Positions 35,688 to 46,348 of a stretch of DNA of 64,000 nt are shown in pieces (the first letter of the stretch is position 1; each line of letters opens with the position of its first letter). The stretch is from positions 37,503-101,502 of the IMG/VR virus record IMGVR_UViG_3300001487_000052; one strand, given 5' to 3'. The notes under the pieces were generated by a model. It ran no database searches. It was given only the letters and a program-made list of their open reading frames with translations, and was not told where the DNA came from. A program made the position numbers and the translations under genes. This DNA comes from a virus. Taxonomy: Duplodnaviria > Heunggongvirae > Uroviricota > Caudoviricetes.

Positions 35688-37129
35688 GATCACTACAGGA
35701 TTACAAAAATATATATAGAGAGATAGCCACAAACTTAGGACTACAGGGGGACAGTGTAGAAATGATTGTGCAGCTTCTCTCGTATGCATCTTATATAGAG
35801 GAGAATGAGAATATTGTTTATGCTCAGGAATCTTCTTTAGAAAAGGCCACTCTAATGAACTCTAAGATTCAACTTTGTATGAATGAAATGTACTCTGTTT
35901 TCAGGGGTCAATGTCCTAGAGTTATTATGAGAATTAAGCCTAGGAAATACTTTAGTTTCCAGCCCTTTGATGTCTTAGTTTCTTCCAATAACTTCAAAAT
36001 CTATTATCTCGGTTACATAAGTACAGAGAATAGTGTAGCGGAGGGAATGAGATCGGTGATGTCAGATATTGGTGTTTCTTGTGTCTATGGAGGTAAAACA
36101 GTAAACCCAGGAGACAGTGAGCTTGAGATTATAGGACTTCTTGCTCCAGAAACAGTAAGAGTAGGATGGACGCTTGATACTTCTAACTTATATTATGTGG
36201 ATTGTACGGAGGAAAACTTAAGTAATGATATGTATGCTACTGTTGATGGTGCTCCTAAAGATGTGACTAGAAATTTTTCAGAACACATACTTAGGAATTA
36301 TCTTTTCGACCTTACGCTTACTTCCTTTGGTTCTAGGTTATATACAGGAAAAATGGATCCTAGTACAGCAATAACAGCCACATATTTTAAATTTTCTACT
36401 CTTTCAGACTACAACATCTCAGAGCTTAAGAAGATAAACATAAAGGGAGCTGAGATGGTAAGCTTCCCTAATAATAAGTGGCAAGGAATAGATGAGTTTA
36501 TTCCTGGGGTTGTACTTCTAGATGCTACCGGAAGAGATGGGCTTAATACAATACACTACAAAGCTTATAAAGATAGATTTGTAAATACCATCTTACGTTC
36601 TAATTCGGATATAGGGGCAGTTTTAGAGGAGATGTACCCAGAGAAAGTTAGGAGTACGAATTATGAGTTTAATTATACTACAGAACACTCAGACCTCACT
36701 ATATATTACGTCCCTCAAAATACTAGAAATCCCCTTACTTCTTCGGAAATTTCAAAGTTTATACAGGAAAGAAGGGCTTATTATGTGACGGATCAGATTA
36801 CAGTACAGCCAGGAATAGTATACAATGCTATTATTTCTGTGGACCTAGAGCTATATGAGAATACTAGTGTTGACAATGAGGTAGCTACTATTCTTGAGTC
36901 CTACGGTAAAAAGTTCTGTATTAACTTAGAGGAGGAGAAAGAGGCAATTCAAACCCTACTCTCTAAAATCTCTAATATCAATAAAGTAAGTAACCTAAAT
37001 ATAACTTACATAGATCAATCTGGAAATGAAGTACCTAAAGATAATATAGGTCAGATTTATGAGAATATAGACCAAACTTATTTCGAGATTGACTACGTTA
37101 TTAATTCTATAGTGAGGACAGAGTCATGA
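35684..37129 (+). CDS. baseplate protein J-like (by synteny)
   Basis: 481-aa ORF, ATGA-coupled to the gpW-like gene, in the W-J-I-fiber order typical of P2-like baseplates. Confidence 0.35.
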   Translation: MRSLQDYKNIYREIATNLGLQGDSVEMIVQLLSYASYIEENENIVYAQESSLEKATLMNSKIQLCMNEMYSVFRGQCPRVIMRIKPRKYFSFQPFDVLVSSNNFKIYYLGYISTENSVAEGMRSVMSDIGVSCVYGGKTVNPGDSELEIIGLLAPETVRVGWTLDTSNLYYVDCTEENLSNDMYATVDGAPKDVTRNFSEHILRNYLFDLTLTSFGSRLYTGKMDPSTAITATYFKFSTLSDYNISELKKINIKGAEMVSFPNNKWQGIDEFIPGVVLLDATGRDGLNTIHYKAYKDRFVNTILRSNSDIGAVLEEMYPEKVRSTNYEFNYTTEHSDLTIYYVPQNTRNPLTSSEISKFIQERRAYYVTDQITVQPGIVYNAIISVDLELYENTSVDNEVATILESYGKKFCINLEEEKEAIQTLLSKISNINKVSNLNITYIDQSGNEVPKDNIGQIYENIDQTYFEIDYVINSIVRTES

Positions 37130-37668
37130 AAATATTTGTTCCATTATACTTAAGAGATATCCCAGTAATTTCTCAGTTTGTTCAGATTTATAGTAAGTAT
37201 GCAGAAGACTATAGAGAAGATCCGAGAGATAGCCTAGCCGATTATAGAGAGTCTCTGAAAAGAGATCCTGTAAAATATTTTGTAGGCATGTGTTTTGATG
37301 AAGAGGAGCTTGGGGATAAGTACGATGATATAGTAAATTATGTATCTCGTCTCTTTGAATCTGTAAAGGGAACTGAGAAGATATTTGACTACATGAAAAA
37401 GTACTTAAATGATTATCTCGACATACAGGGGGAGCCAACTTACACAGGACAATATATAGAGATTATGTTTGGTGCCTTAGTTCTCACGGATGAAGAACAT
37501 TTTTATACATCCTTATATAATTTCCTCAGTGCCCTCTTGGTATTTGAAGACCTTATCACAAATATAGGAGATTTAGGTCTGACAGTTAAAGATGAGATAA
37601 CTAATTATGTAGCAGCAGATGTTATATGCTACAAAAAATATAATATAAATTATGAAGCTAGTAATTAA
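37126..37668 (+). CDS. baseplate protein I-like (by synteny and size, 180 aa)
   Basis: Coupled ORF between the J-like gene and the first fiber gene. Confidence 0.3.
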   Translation: MKIFVPLYLRDIPVISQFVQIYSKYAEDYREDPRDSLADYRESLKRDPVKYFVGMCFDEEELGDKYDDIVNYVSRLFESVKGTEKIFDYMKKYLNDYLDIQGEPTYTGQYIEIMFGALVLTDEEHFYTSLYNFLSALLVFEDLITNIGDLGLTVKDEITNYVAADVICYKKYNINYEASN

Positions 37669-40210
37669 TAGTACAGATTTCTCAACTATTGGTACTGCTC
37701 TATATTTTTCTAATTCTAGCCATAATGCTAAATTTCTACCATCCTGGATAATAAGTGATGAGGAAATAGGAACTGGCTTTGAGTATCTTGGTGATCTTAA
37801 AATGATAAATGATCTAGAGAATCCCATCTTATTCCAAAATAAATATTTCAGTGTGGACAATCTTAGGTATTTTGCTTATCCAAGTCCTGAACTATTTGTT
37901 ACGAATGGGCAAAAAACAGTAGATACTCCCCTTAATAATCCCAGCGTTTATTATTGCGGTAATAAGGAGAGACTATTAGATGGAGATTTTGCTGAATATG
38001 ATTTTTCATTTTTAGTTGATAAATATAAATTCAATAATAATTTAAAAATACAATACCTAGATAAAGAGTCACAAGATATCTTAGGATATGATGTTTCTGA
38101 ATTAACTGAGATGGAAAAGATCTTATTTCCAACTGCTTATGAATCGTCTGATTCTAATTACCTTTTAACTGCAGGTGGAACTAGGATTAATACAGGTGGC
38201 GGTAATAGGTTGTTGTGGAGAGAGCCTGAAAGTGTAGCTCCTGAAGTAATCTACAGAAGAAATTATTTTGGTATGGTTACTATAGGAACTTATACTTTAT
38301 TTGTTTTTAAGGTACCTCCTTATGTAAGAAAAATAGAATTATATGAGGGTACTGTATTGGGTTCAAATTTATCACTAATAAACACCAATTATGACTATAG
38401 AATTAGAAATTATAGTAAGTATGACCCAGAAAAAACATATAGTAAAAATGATACAGTAGTATACTCTGGATCAACTTGGAAAGCACTCGTAGACGGAATA
38501 ACTGGAGATTGGGATGCTACTAAGTGGAAATTTGTTAGTAAGTTTATTCAACCCAGTTTATCTATCTATCTAGGACCAGATTATTTATGGAGTCTTTGTC
38601 CTAGTGATTGGTATCAAGCAGATCCTAATTCTTGGGGGAGTTCAATCAGATATCTTCCAACATCTAAGAAATACCTGAAAGGAATGGATGAGATAACCTC
38701 AGAAAAGATATTATGGATGGTTATTACAGATTCTGGTCAGATCTTGGATATTAATCTCTCTTATAATTCTTGGAGTACGGATAAAGTAAACCCTGAGAGA
38801 AATAAGTGGAAGTATAGTCTTAGAAACGATGAATTCTGGAGTACGAAAGATAATATGTCCTTGTTAAAAGATAAGTCAGGAATATTATTGGATGGCAGAT
38901 CAAATACTATCTTAAGTACGGAGAAGGTAGAAACTCATCCAATACTCTCTAGGAAAATGAGGAAGTTCGATCTTAATTACTATGATGAAGACCGATCATA
39001 TGTTACTGGAGAAAAGGTTAGATACTTAGGTAAACTCTGGAAGGCCCTACAAAACGTACCCACAGGAGAAGTACCAGAAGAGAAAAGTGAATATTGGACA
39101 ACTTTAGAACAAGTTTATTCTCCTTATTGTACTTATAGACTAGGAGAAAGGGTGCTATTTAATGGAGAAGTCTGGGAAAGCTTATGTGACTTAAACCTAG
39201 GAAATAGACCGGATTATTCTAGACAATGGATCCTAAGAGATAGCACAACTAATTTCTTTACTACCAGAGTTAATGTTATAGTTAATCCCTCTGGAGCGGG
39301 AAGAATAACTCCTGGCGGACAAATTAGAATAGATGGAGAAAAAGTATTCTCTGTATATGAGACCCTAGGATATGAATTAGAGAGTGTAGATAAGGCTTGT
39401 TCTAGTGAGACTGGGAGTTATCTTAGTGACGTAAGTATTGAGACTGATAGTGTTGCTGTTGAGGGTGGAATAATGGATAGGAAAAAAGTTAGAATAGGTA
39501 GTACTTCAGTTGAACCTATCCTAAATTCTGGAAAACTTATCTTTAATTTCAAAGCTACTCCTACTATTATAACAATTAATGGTATGTATGGTGATAACTT
39601 ATATCAATACTCGGCATGGAACTTTAACAATGAGAGAATTGAGTTGACTAGTACACCCTCGGTAACTGTCAGTAATACTCTCTCTATAAATCCTGGGACG
39701 ACTCTAATTTTATCTCCAAGCACAACTCTAGTAAATAATAAATTTACAAAGGTTATGTCAACTTATACAGATAGATATGGAGTAACTAGAGTAAAACAAT
39801 TACCATTATCCGGAAATACTATAGAAGACTTTATAGACTTTTCCTCAGCTACTTATACATTCTACATTGAAAAGAATGAAGTAGTAATTGATTGTACTAT
39901 AGGTCTTTCTGAGTTTGAAATGGAAGATAATAGAATAGAGGTCGATTATAATGAAAACGGATTTTTCAGATTCTATCCAAGAGCTAGTCAAGGAAGTCGT
40001 GATATTCTAGTAGCTATTAATGATACAGACACTATAAAGGTTAAACCAGGTCAAACTCCTGATGAATATGAATATAGTCGTACTGGAACACCTAGAACTA
40101 TCCCAGGAGTTTGCAGTAATTATGAGTTGACTCCAGTTTCGGGGTACTATGAGTTACGTTTTGATAATCTGATAAGTGACGTTAATATAGAATTGAGTTA
40201 TGATAATTAA
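37652..40210 (+). CDS. tail fiber / receptor-binding protein with CBM5/12-like modules (852 aa)
   Basis: Motifs Y-x-x-GD-x-V-x-Y-x-G-x-W-x-A...W (YSKNDTVVYSGSTWKAL; YVTGEKVRYLGKLWKAL; YRLGERVLFNGEVWESL). Confidence 0.6.
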   Translation: MKLVINSTDFSTIGTALYFSNSSHNAKFLPSWIISDEEIGTGFEYLGDLKMINDLENPILFQNKYFSVDNLRYFAYPSPELFVTNGQKTVDTPLNNPSVYYCGNKERLLDGDFAEYDFSFLVDKYKFNNNLKIQYLDKESQDILGYDVSELTEMEKILFPTAYESSDSNYLLTAGGTRINTGGGNRLLWREPESVAPEVIYRRNYFGMVTIGTYTLFVFKVPPYVRKIELYEGTVLGSNLSLINTNYDYRIRNYSKYDPEKTYSKNDTVVYSGSTWKALVDGITGDWDATKWKFVSKFIQPSLSIYLGPDYLWSLCPSDWYQADPNSWGSSIRYLPTSKKYLKGMDEITSEKILWMVITDSGQILDINLSYNSWSTDKVNPERNKWKYSLRNDEFWSTKDNMSLLKDKSGILLDGRSNTILSTEKVETHPILSRKMRKFDLNYYDEDRSYVTGEKVRYLGKLWKALQNVPTGEVPEEKSEYWTTLEQVYSPYCTYRLGERVLFNGEVWESLCDLNLGNRPDYSRQWILRDSTTNFFTTRVNVIVNPSGAGRITPGGQIRIDGEKVFSVYETLGYELESVDKACSSETGSYLSDVSIETDSVAVEGGIMDRKKVRIGSTSVEPILNSGKLIFNFKATPTIITINGMYGDNLYQYSAWNFNNERIELTSTPSVTVSNTLSINPGTTLILSPSTTLVNNKFTKVMSTYTDRYGVTRVKQLPLSGNTIEDFIDFSSATYTFYIEKNEVVIDCTIGLSEFEMEDNRIEVDYNENGFFRFYPRASQGSRDILVAINDTDTIKVKPGQTPDEYEYSRTGTPRTIPGVCSNYELTPVSGYYELRFDNLISDVNIELSYDN

Positions 40211-43200
40211 TAATACACACGTTCAAGGAATTTTTTTATATTCCTCAGACGTCGATTATGAAAGAGGTGATTTTGTAGTCTCAGGGGATAGTATATATAT
40301 CTGTACAGCTTCAAATCCAACAGATGCCTTAAGAAATACAGTCTCTGGTATAGATCCTGCTACGGATACTACTGGAAACTATAAGATGTATCCAGGAGAT
40401 AAGATAAGTACTGCACAGGAATACTATGACTATGTAAATAATCGTCTCTATTGGAATTATAAAAATACAAAAGAGGAAGTAGAATCCGCTCTTGATGTAG
40501 AAGCAGGAACTCTTATCATAAAGGGGACTGTAACTTCTCGAGATGCTCTTCCTACCCAATTTCTAGAGGAAGGAGATGTTTATAGAGTTGGTACGGATAG
40601 TACTGGTTATGAGTATGCTTATATACCTTATAAAATCGACAAATATATCTCTGGAAATGTTTTAAATCAGATTCTTCAGGATTCGTTTTTTGGTGTTAAC
40701 GAAGAGGGTGTTATCACTAATTACGTTTATACAAATACGGACGACGAAGGAAATGAAGTCTTAGAATATTCTATAGGTGGTTCACTTGCTAATATAGAAG
40801 ATAATAAGATCCTAAATGCCATTATGAAATCCCCTGACTTAAATAATGGTATGTTTAATGTTTCTCGTGCTCTTTCTGAAATAGCTGCTTACGTAAATAG
40901 AGGGGCTAATACAGAAAGTGTCTTAGTAAAGCAATATACCTATCTTGATACTAGTGGTGGTAATAAGAGAGTAAGAATACAAGAATTAGTAGACCCCAGC
41001 TTAGGAAGTATATATTATAGATGGTCTGAGGGAATTAGTTTATCTACTGACACATATAGTCCAGGTCAAGTATATAAATTAAATGATGTAGTTAGGTACT
41101 CAGGGAAATCTTGGTTATCTATGACTAATAATAATTCTGGACATCAACCTGGAAGTGACATAAACTACTGGACTGAATATAGCGGTGCATGGGCCTATAA
41201 TAACATAACCTCTTGGCAAAGTACTTTTTCTAGTAATGGAGCTGTCTTAGCACAACAAGTAAATGATATAAAAGCATATTATAATAAGAAGATTGCAGAA
41301 CTAGAGGCTACGAAAAAACAACTAGCTGGGACTTTCTGTAATAGGGAAGTCAGTAATATTTCTGGAACTTCAAATACAGCAACTCTAGTAGCAAGAGAGA
41401 ATGTTAGAATGCATAGTTCATGGGATTACGTGGATAGTGATGAAACAGATCTTTTAAATAAATTAGGAGTTAATTCGCTATCTGATGTTTTTACACTAGT
41501 TTCTTCAGTGGGGAAAGTAAATACCTATATGAATCCAGGGCCTCTCGGAATTAATGTTATTGTTAAGGTAGGTACAAGAACTAATTATACCTTTTCTTAC
41601 AGTAATGGCGGTGGTGCTTGGGTACATGGAAAAACATTGGCACAGATATTAACGGAATTTAATGTAACTAAACTATCTGATGTATTTCTAGTTCCACAAG
41701 AGACATATAACTTATTCTTATCTCTTCCTATGGATTGTCCTTTTACTGTTATAATAAAGGATGACTCTTCAAGAGATCTGAGTATTTCTTTATATAAACA
41801 AGTAAAGCAGAGTTGGACATATGGAAGAACCTTATTTGAAGAGTCAGATATAGCAAATCAAGTTACGAGAATTTTCCTTGAAGACTTGATTTATAATGAA
41901 GCTCACCTAGGAACTACATATAATGGAACTGTAGGAAATACTCTAGTCGTAGAAACTTATGGAGAAGCAGATAACCAGGATGATTTTCCGGATGCAAAAA
42001 GTGTAGTATCTTGCCCCGGACTTTATGGAGTTTATGAATATAAGATGCCAACTCTATATAAGTCCTATTTTGCAGATCCCATTGGTCCAGAAGAGATAAG
42101 TGATTATAGCGACGAACGAGAATATAAACGCGGTGAGAAAGTTAGATTTAATAATATTACCTACATGTCTGTCGAAGAGGTAGTTCCAGGTCATAATCCC
42201 GAAAATAATCCTTCAAAGTGGATTCCTTGGTATGATTACTTAGGAGGATTTACTTGGAAATCTGCTTACCCAGGACCAGATGGAAAAGATAGGCCCATAA
42301 ATGATCTCATAACTGACCTATCAACTTCGTATCGTTCTGGTAGTGGTGGAAATCTTTGGCAGCAACTTGTCTTGGGTCCCTCTCCCTTTGATGGGGATCT
42401 AGCATATCCGAGGGGTAGTCTAGTCGTTTATGAGGATGTATACTATAAAAATAATCTTGAAGTAAGGCCTGGTGGATCATCCCCAGACAGTTCATCCGCA
42501 TGGTCAAGTATAGGGGATAAAATAGAGAGTCTAATTCCGGATTATAGTAGTATATTCAAGATGGATAGAACTACTTTCGAATCTGAATTTTCTAACAACG
42601 AAATTGTTGAATTACCAATTGACAAAACCAAGTTCAAGTGGTTAGACTCTACAGGACAAAAAACATATACTAAATTTTTCTGTATTATATATCCTCTTTT
42701 TAATGTTAATGTTAATATAGAGGAACTGGTTAATAAGGTTACCGAAGGGAATTCCTATTATGCTTTCTTTGATCTAGATAGACCTGTTTGTATTCTTAGA
42801 AAGGTTACAGAGAATGATGATGATGTTTCATCTTATTTGAAGTATATATTAAGGGTTTATGGCGATGATTTAAAAAGTGTTTTTAGAGACTGTTGGATAG
42901 AAGATAAATCAATTATTTCAGCACTATCCTCTGGAAATGTTTATTTAAATACGTTAGAACTCCCCAATTCTGGAAGTATTAATATGTTTGTAAATATAAC
43001 ATATAGAAATCAGGAAGCGGCAGACTATTTGAAGGATAATTTCTTTAAGTGTAGAATTTCAGGTTCAGATTCAAATCTATCTTATGATAGTTTTGTAAAG
43101 GAAAATATAAGCTATAACAATATAACCTTTTTTGATGAACCCCAATCTTTTGCTGACGAAATTAATCCCCTAGGACTCTGCTCTATAAGAGTTTCAGACA

Positions 43201-45509
43201 TGGCAGATTATACTATCACCCCTATTCTAAAAGCTAAAGCTGGTGGTAATCCTAAAACAGATTACCTTTATTATATTGGTCAAACCCCTGAATATTCTTG
43301 GAGATCAATATACACTACATTAAATGGAGCTGATTCTTGGAATTCATCTAGTACCTATGATTCTGGGGACATGGTTTTTTGGCATAGTAGACTGTGGGAG
43401 AGCAACACCAACAATAACACGGGAAACACCCCCTCTCTAGATTCAAATGTCTGGGATGTCTATAATGGTGAACTCCATCCCCACGACTTCTATCCTGAAC
43501 TTAGATACATTACTAGAATAACAGATTTTAGAGCTGATTCTTGGAATTCATCTAGTACCTATAATTCGGGGAGCATAGTTTTTTGGCATAATAGACTGTG
43601 GGTAAGTCAAGTTGATGATAACATTAGTGAAATTCCCTCACTAGGTTCAAATGCTTGGGATGTATATGAGGATGAGCCTATACAAAGAGATGGAGATGTT
43701 TATTATGATGATGTAAATCACTTGTGTTATATCTGGTCAAACGGTTTTAGGGGGTTAAAAAATAGTAATAAAGTCTATAAATTAAATGGCTCAGAATCAT
43801 TTGCAGTAGTTTTTGATCCCGATCCTAGTGCTAACGTTTATTCTAAATTTGATGGTAATACTTTTTCTTCTTACAAAGATCAAAAAAATGTATTTAATGA
43901 TGTCTTAGCTCCGGCATCGGCCAGTGAGATTCCTGACACTAGAAACACCTCTCTTTATATAGCCACCGGTTCAACATCTCTTTTATCTAAGATATTTGAT
44001 TCTTCTCTGGAGGACATAAGAACTCTATGCACACTATATCCCCAAGTTAGTTATATGGTTAGAAATGGATCAGATTATTATAAAATTAATAACGGTTCAA
44101 TAAATTCTATAGAGATTACTACAAATGAAGATTATCTCGAAAATATAGATAAAATAACGACGACTAATACTCTTTCTGGTTTTTCTATGTATTATACTCC
44201 CTTTATGGTGCTTCTCGATCTCTCCAGTGATTTACAATACACAGAAGAATATAGATATATTTTTAATAATATGTCAGATGATGATAGTCAGAGAAAAACC
44301 AGAAATGATTGGAAAACTAGTGTTGGACTTCTTACTAAGACTGTTTTCGAATTAGCAGGTAAACCTGAAGAGTGGTCAGATTCTTCTACTTATAATATAG
44401 GAGATTATGTTATTTATGATGATATAGTTTGGGAAAGTACTGGTGATAATAATATAGGCAACACTCCATGGTATTCTTCGAGTGAGTGGAACCGTAGTCC
44501 TATCTTAAACTTTATCACTACAGAAGAATTAGAAGTATTAGAAGGATATTTAATACCCATTAGAACTGTATGCACTAGAACTGTAGATGGAGTAAAATAT
44601 TATTACATAAATGGTAATTATTGGGCTCCTGGAGTACCACCACAAAACGACAATGAATATAGTCAAACTCCCAATTATGATAACTTAAATTATCCTTGGG
44701 AACTACCAGATGCTTTTAATCTCGGAAAAGTTTGGGCACATACTAGAGCTGGAGGTGATAAATATTGGCATGTAGTTCAAAATAGATCAGGGTGGTTAGA
44801 GGTAAGTGCAGGTAGTTATTATGATAGCAATAGACTTATGAACGCTACTCCCTGGTGGAATAATTCAGGAAGGTTTTTAAATGCAGAAGAAGCGTTATTC
44901 GATATTCTAAAGACTAACTGTGTTGTTCATCCCAGTGCTTCTAGTTCTGCTGATAGATGGTTGGGTATAATGTGGGAAGGCACAATATCTTACTTACCTG
45001 GAGATATAGTAGTAGATGAAAATCTACTTTGGAGATGTATTAGTTCAAATACTGGTAAACAACCAAAAGAAAATCCTAACGAGTGGGCTTTTTATGGCGA
45101 CCCTCTTTTTAATACCCTTACTTACATACCATCAGAGACTCTACTTCTAACTGGTGTAGATCCTTCTGTACCTTTCAGAGTTCTCACAAAGATAGGTTCA
45201 AAGTCTGATTATTATGTTACCTTAAATACGAACTCTGCAGACTTTAGTGATCCTTGTATTATTACAGTCCTAGTTCAGCAGATTATAGATAATATAATTA
45301 AGAGCTATGTGGTTACGGTTGATCTTTCTGAGAAACCGGATCCATTGTCTGGGCTTTCTTATGTTAGATATTATATAACCCCCGATCTTTGTTTAGATGT
45401 CACTGGAGATGATGATATAACGAAGGTTCTAACAGTTAGGGATCCAAATACAGGAACAATAGATCCTGATTCTAGAATAAAAAACATATACTATAGATAT
45501 AAAATATGA
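40200..45509 (+). CDS. giant tail fiber protein (1769 aa) with at least 7 CBM5/12-like carbohydrate-binding modules
   Basis: Repeated modules such as YKLNDVVRYSGKSWLSMTNNNSGHQPGSDINYWTEY and YNIGDYVIYDDIVWESTGDNNIGNTPWYSSSEWN. Contains a recent internal duplication. Confidence 0.65.
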   Translation: MIINNTHVQGIFLYSSDVDYERGDFVVSGDSIYICTASNPTDALRNTVSGIDPATDTTGNYKMYPGDKISTAQEYYDYVNNRLYWNYKNTKEEVESALDVEAGTLIIKGTVTSRDALPTQFLEEGDVYRVGTDSTGYEYAYIPYKIDKYISGNVLNQILQDSFFGVNEEGVITNYVYTNTDDEGNEVLEYSIGGSLANIEDNKILNAIMKSPDLNNGMFNVSRALSEIAAYVNRGANTESVLVKQYTYLDTSGGNKRVRIQELVDPSLGSIYYRWSEGISLSTDTYSPGQVYKLNDVVRYSGKSWLSMTNNNSGHQPGSDINYWTEYSGAWAYNNITSWQSTFSSNGAVLAQQVNDIKAYYNKKIAELEATKKQLAGTFCNREVSNISGTSNTATLVARENVRMHSSWDYVDSDETDLLNKLGVNSLSDVFTLVSSVGKVNTYMNPGPLGINVIVKVGTRTNYTFSYSNGGGAWVHGKTLAQILTEFNVTKLSDVFLVPQETYNLFLSLPMDCPFTVIIKDDSSRDLSISLYKQVKQSWTYGRTLFEESDIANQVTRIFLEDLIYNEAHLGTTYNGTVGNTLVVETYGEADNQDDFPDAKSVVSCPGLYGVYEYKMPTLYKSYFADPIGPEEISDYSDEREYKRGEKVRFNNITYMSVEEVVPGHNPENNPSKWIPWYDYLGGFTWKSAYPGPDGKDRPINDLITDLSTSYRSGSGGNLWQQLVLGPSPFDGDLAYPRGSLVVYEDVYYKNNLEVRPGGSSPDSSSAWSSIGDKIESLIPDYSSIFKMDRTTFESEFSNNEIVELPIDKTKFKWLDSTGQKTYTKFFCIIYPLFNVNVNIEELVNKVTEGNSYYAFFDLDRPVCILRKVTENDDDVSSYLKYILRVYGDDLKSVFRDCWIEDKSIISALSSGNVYLNTLELPNSGSINMFVNITYRNQEAADYLKDNFFKCRISGSDSNLSYDSFVKENISYNNITFFDEPQSFADEINPLGLCSIRVSDMADYTITPILKAKAGGNPKTDYLYYIGQTPEYSWRSIYTTLNGADSWNSSSTYDSGDMVFWHSRLWESNTNNNTGNTPSLDSNVWDVYNGELHPHDFYPELRYITRITDFRADSWNSSSTYNSGSIVFWHNRLWVSQVDDNISEIPSLGSNAWDVYEDEPIQRDGDVYYDDVNHLCYIWSNGFRGLKNSNKVYKLNGSESFAVVFDPDPSANVYSKFDGNTFSSYKDQKNVFNDVLAPASASEIPDTRNTSLYIATGSTSLLSKIFDSSLEDIRTLCTLYPQVSYMVRNGSDYYKINNGSINSIEITTNEDYLENIDKITTTNTLSGFSMYYTPFMVLLDLSSDLQYTEEYRYIFNNMSDDDSQRKTRNDWKTSVGLLTKTVFELAGKPEEWSDSSTYNIGDYVIYDDIVWESTGDNNIGNTPWYSSSEWNRSPILNFITTEELEVLEGYLIPIRTVCTRTVDGVKYYYINGNYWAPGVPPQNDNEYSQTPNYDNLNYPWELPDAFNLGKVWAHTRAGGDKYWHVVQNRSGWLEVSAGSYYDSNRLMNATPWWNNSGRFLNAEEALFDILKTNCVVHPSASSSADRWLGIMWEGTISYLPGDIVVDENLLWRCISSNTGKQPKENPNEWAFYGDPLFNTLTYIPSETLLLTGVDPSVPFRVLTKIGSKSDYYVTLNTNSADFSDPCIITVLVQQIIDNIIKSYVVTVDLSEKPDPLSGLSYVRYYITPDLCLDVTGDDDITKVLTVRDPNTGTIDPDSRIKNIYYRYKI
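43329..43736 (+). repeat. near-identical 204-bp tandem duplication inside the fiber gene
   Basis: GCTGATTCTTGGAATTCATCTAGTACCTAT... at 43329 and again at 43533, about 90% identical over the first roughly 75 nt. Encodes duplicated ADSWNSSSTY-SG-(V/I)VFWH-RLW modules. Confidence 0.7.
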
Positions 45510-46348
45510 GCAAAGTATTAGACATTATAACTTCAGAAGATACTAACACGAACCAAAGACTTTATATTAATGGTAGTGGGGAATCTTCTATAATATCCTA
45601 TAAAAACGATGGAAAGATTATAGGACTTTCTGAGGGATCTTCTAGGTTTAGGCCTATACATTGTTCAGAACTAGATCTTAAATTACAAAATAGAGGATAT
45701 AATATAATGGGGACTAAGTTTATAAGGAGAACTTCAATTAGTCCCCTTCCTCTAAGTAATGCTGAACTTTGGTATGATCCCGTAAAACCTACAACTCAGA
45801 TACCACAAATCCCAACTTTAAATACAGGAGAAGAAGTAAGAACACACATAGGAGCTTTTAAGGCATGTGGTTCTGATTATCCCGAAGAACTAATTCAAGA
45901 AGAGTATAATTCAATATTTGGGGAAAATATGAACACAAATAAAAGTGAAATAAAATTCTACAGTTCATCTATGAGTTCAGTAAACCTAATAGAAGATGTA
46001 GTAGAGCTCGAACTAATAAAGCATGATTCGGATACTTATACAAATATCATAAATATTTCGGATCTAATTTATTATAATTCAAAGCCTGGAATCTCTGGAG
46101 TATTTGATGTGACAGTTGAATATTCTAAGGGTGGAAATATTTATGTGAAAGATCTAACATTCCAAGCCTTCAGATATACCTCAACAGATGGAACTATACC
46201 CGCTCTTGATGTAGAGAATTATATAACTAGTATAAATGATGAAGTTCAGCTTGAGTACATTAATAATACTATTCGGGTTAATCCAATGAACTCAGAAATA
46301 GATGAGTGTATATTAAGTAGATGTACGATAACTTATGGCAACCTCTAA
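45506..46348 (+). CDS. hypothetical structural protein (280 aa)
   Basis: ATGA-coupled ORF between fiber genes. Confidence 0.5.
   Translation: MSKVLDIITSEDTNTNQRLYINGSGESSIISYKNDGKIIGLSEGSSRFRPIHCSELDLKLQNRGYNIMGTKFIRRTSISPLPLSNAELWYDPVKPTTQIPQIPTLNTGEEVRTHIGAFKACGSDYPEELIQEEYNSIFGENMNTNKSEIKFYSSSMSSVNLIEDVVELELIKHDSDTYTNIINISDLIYYNSKPGISGVFDVTVEYSKGGNIYVKDLTFQAFRYTSTDGTIPALDVENYITSINDEVQLEYINNTIRVNPMNSEIDECILSRCTITYGNL

Noticed and set aside
43329-43736. Possible DGR template/variable repeat pair in the fiber gene
   Set aside because: The mismatches between copies are not restricted to adenine positions of either copy. Both copies are coding and tandem. No reverse-transcriptase gene is nearby.
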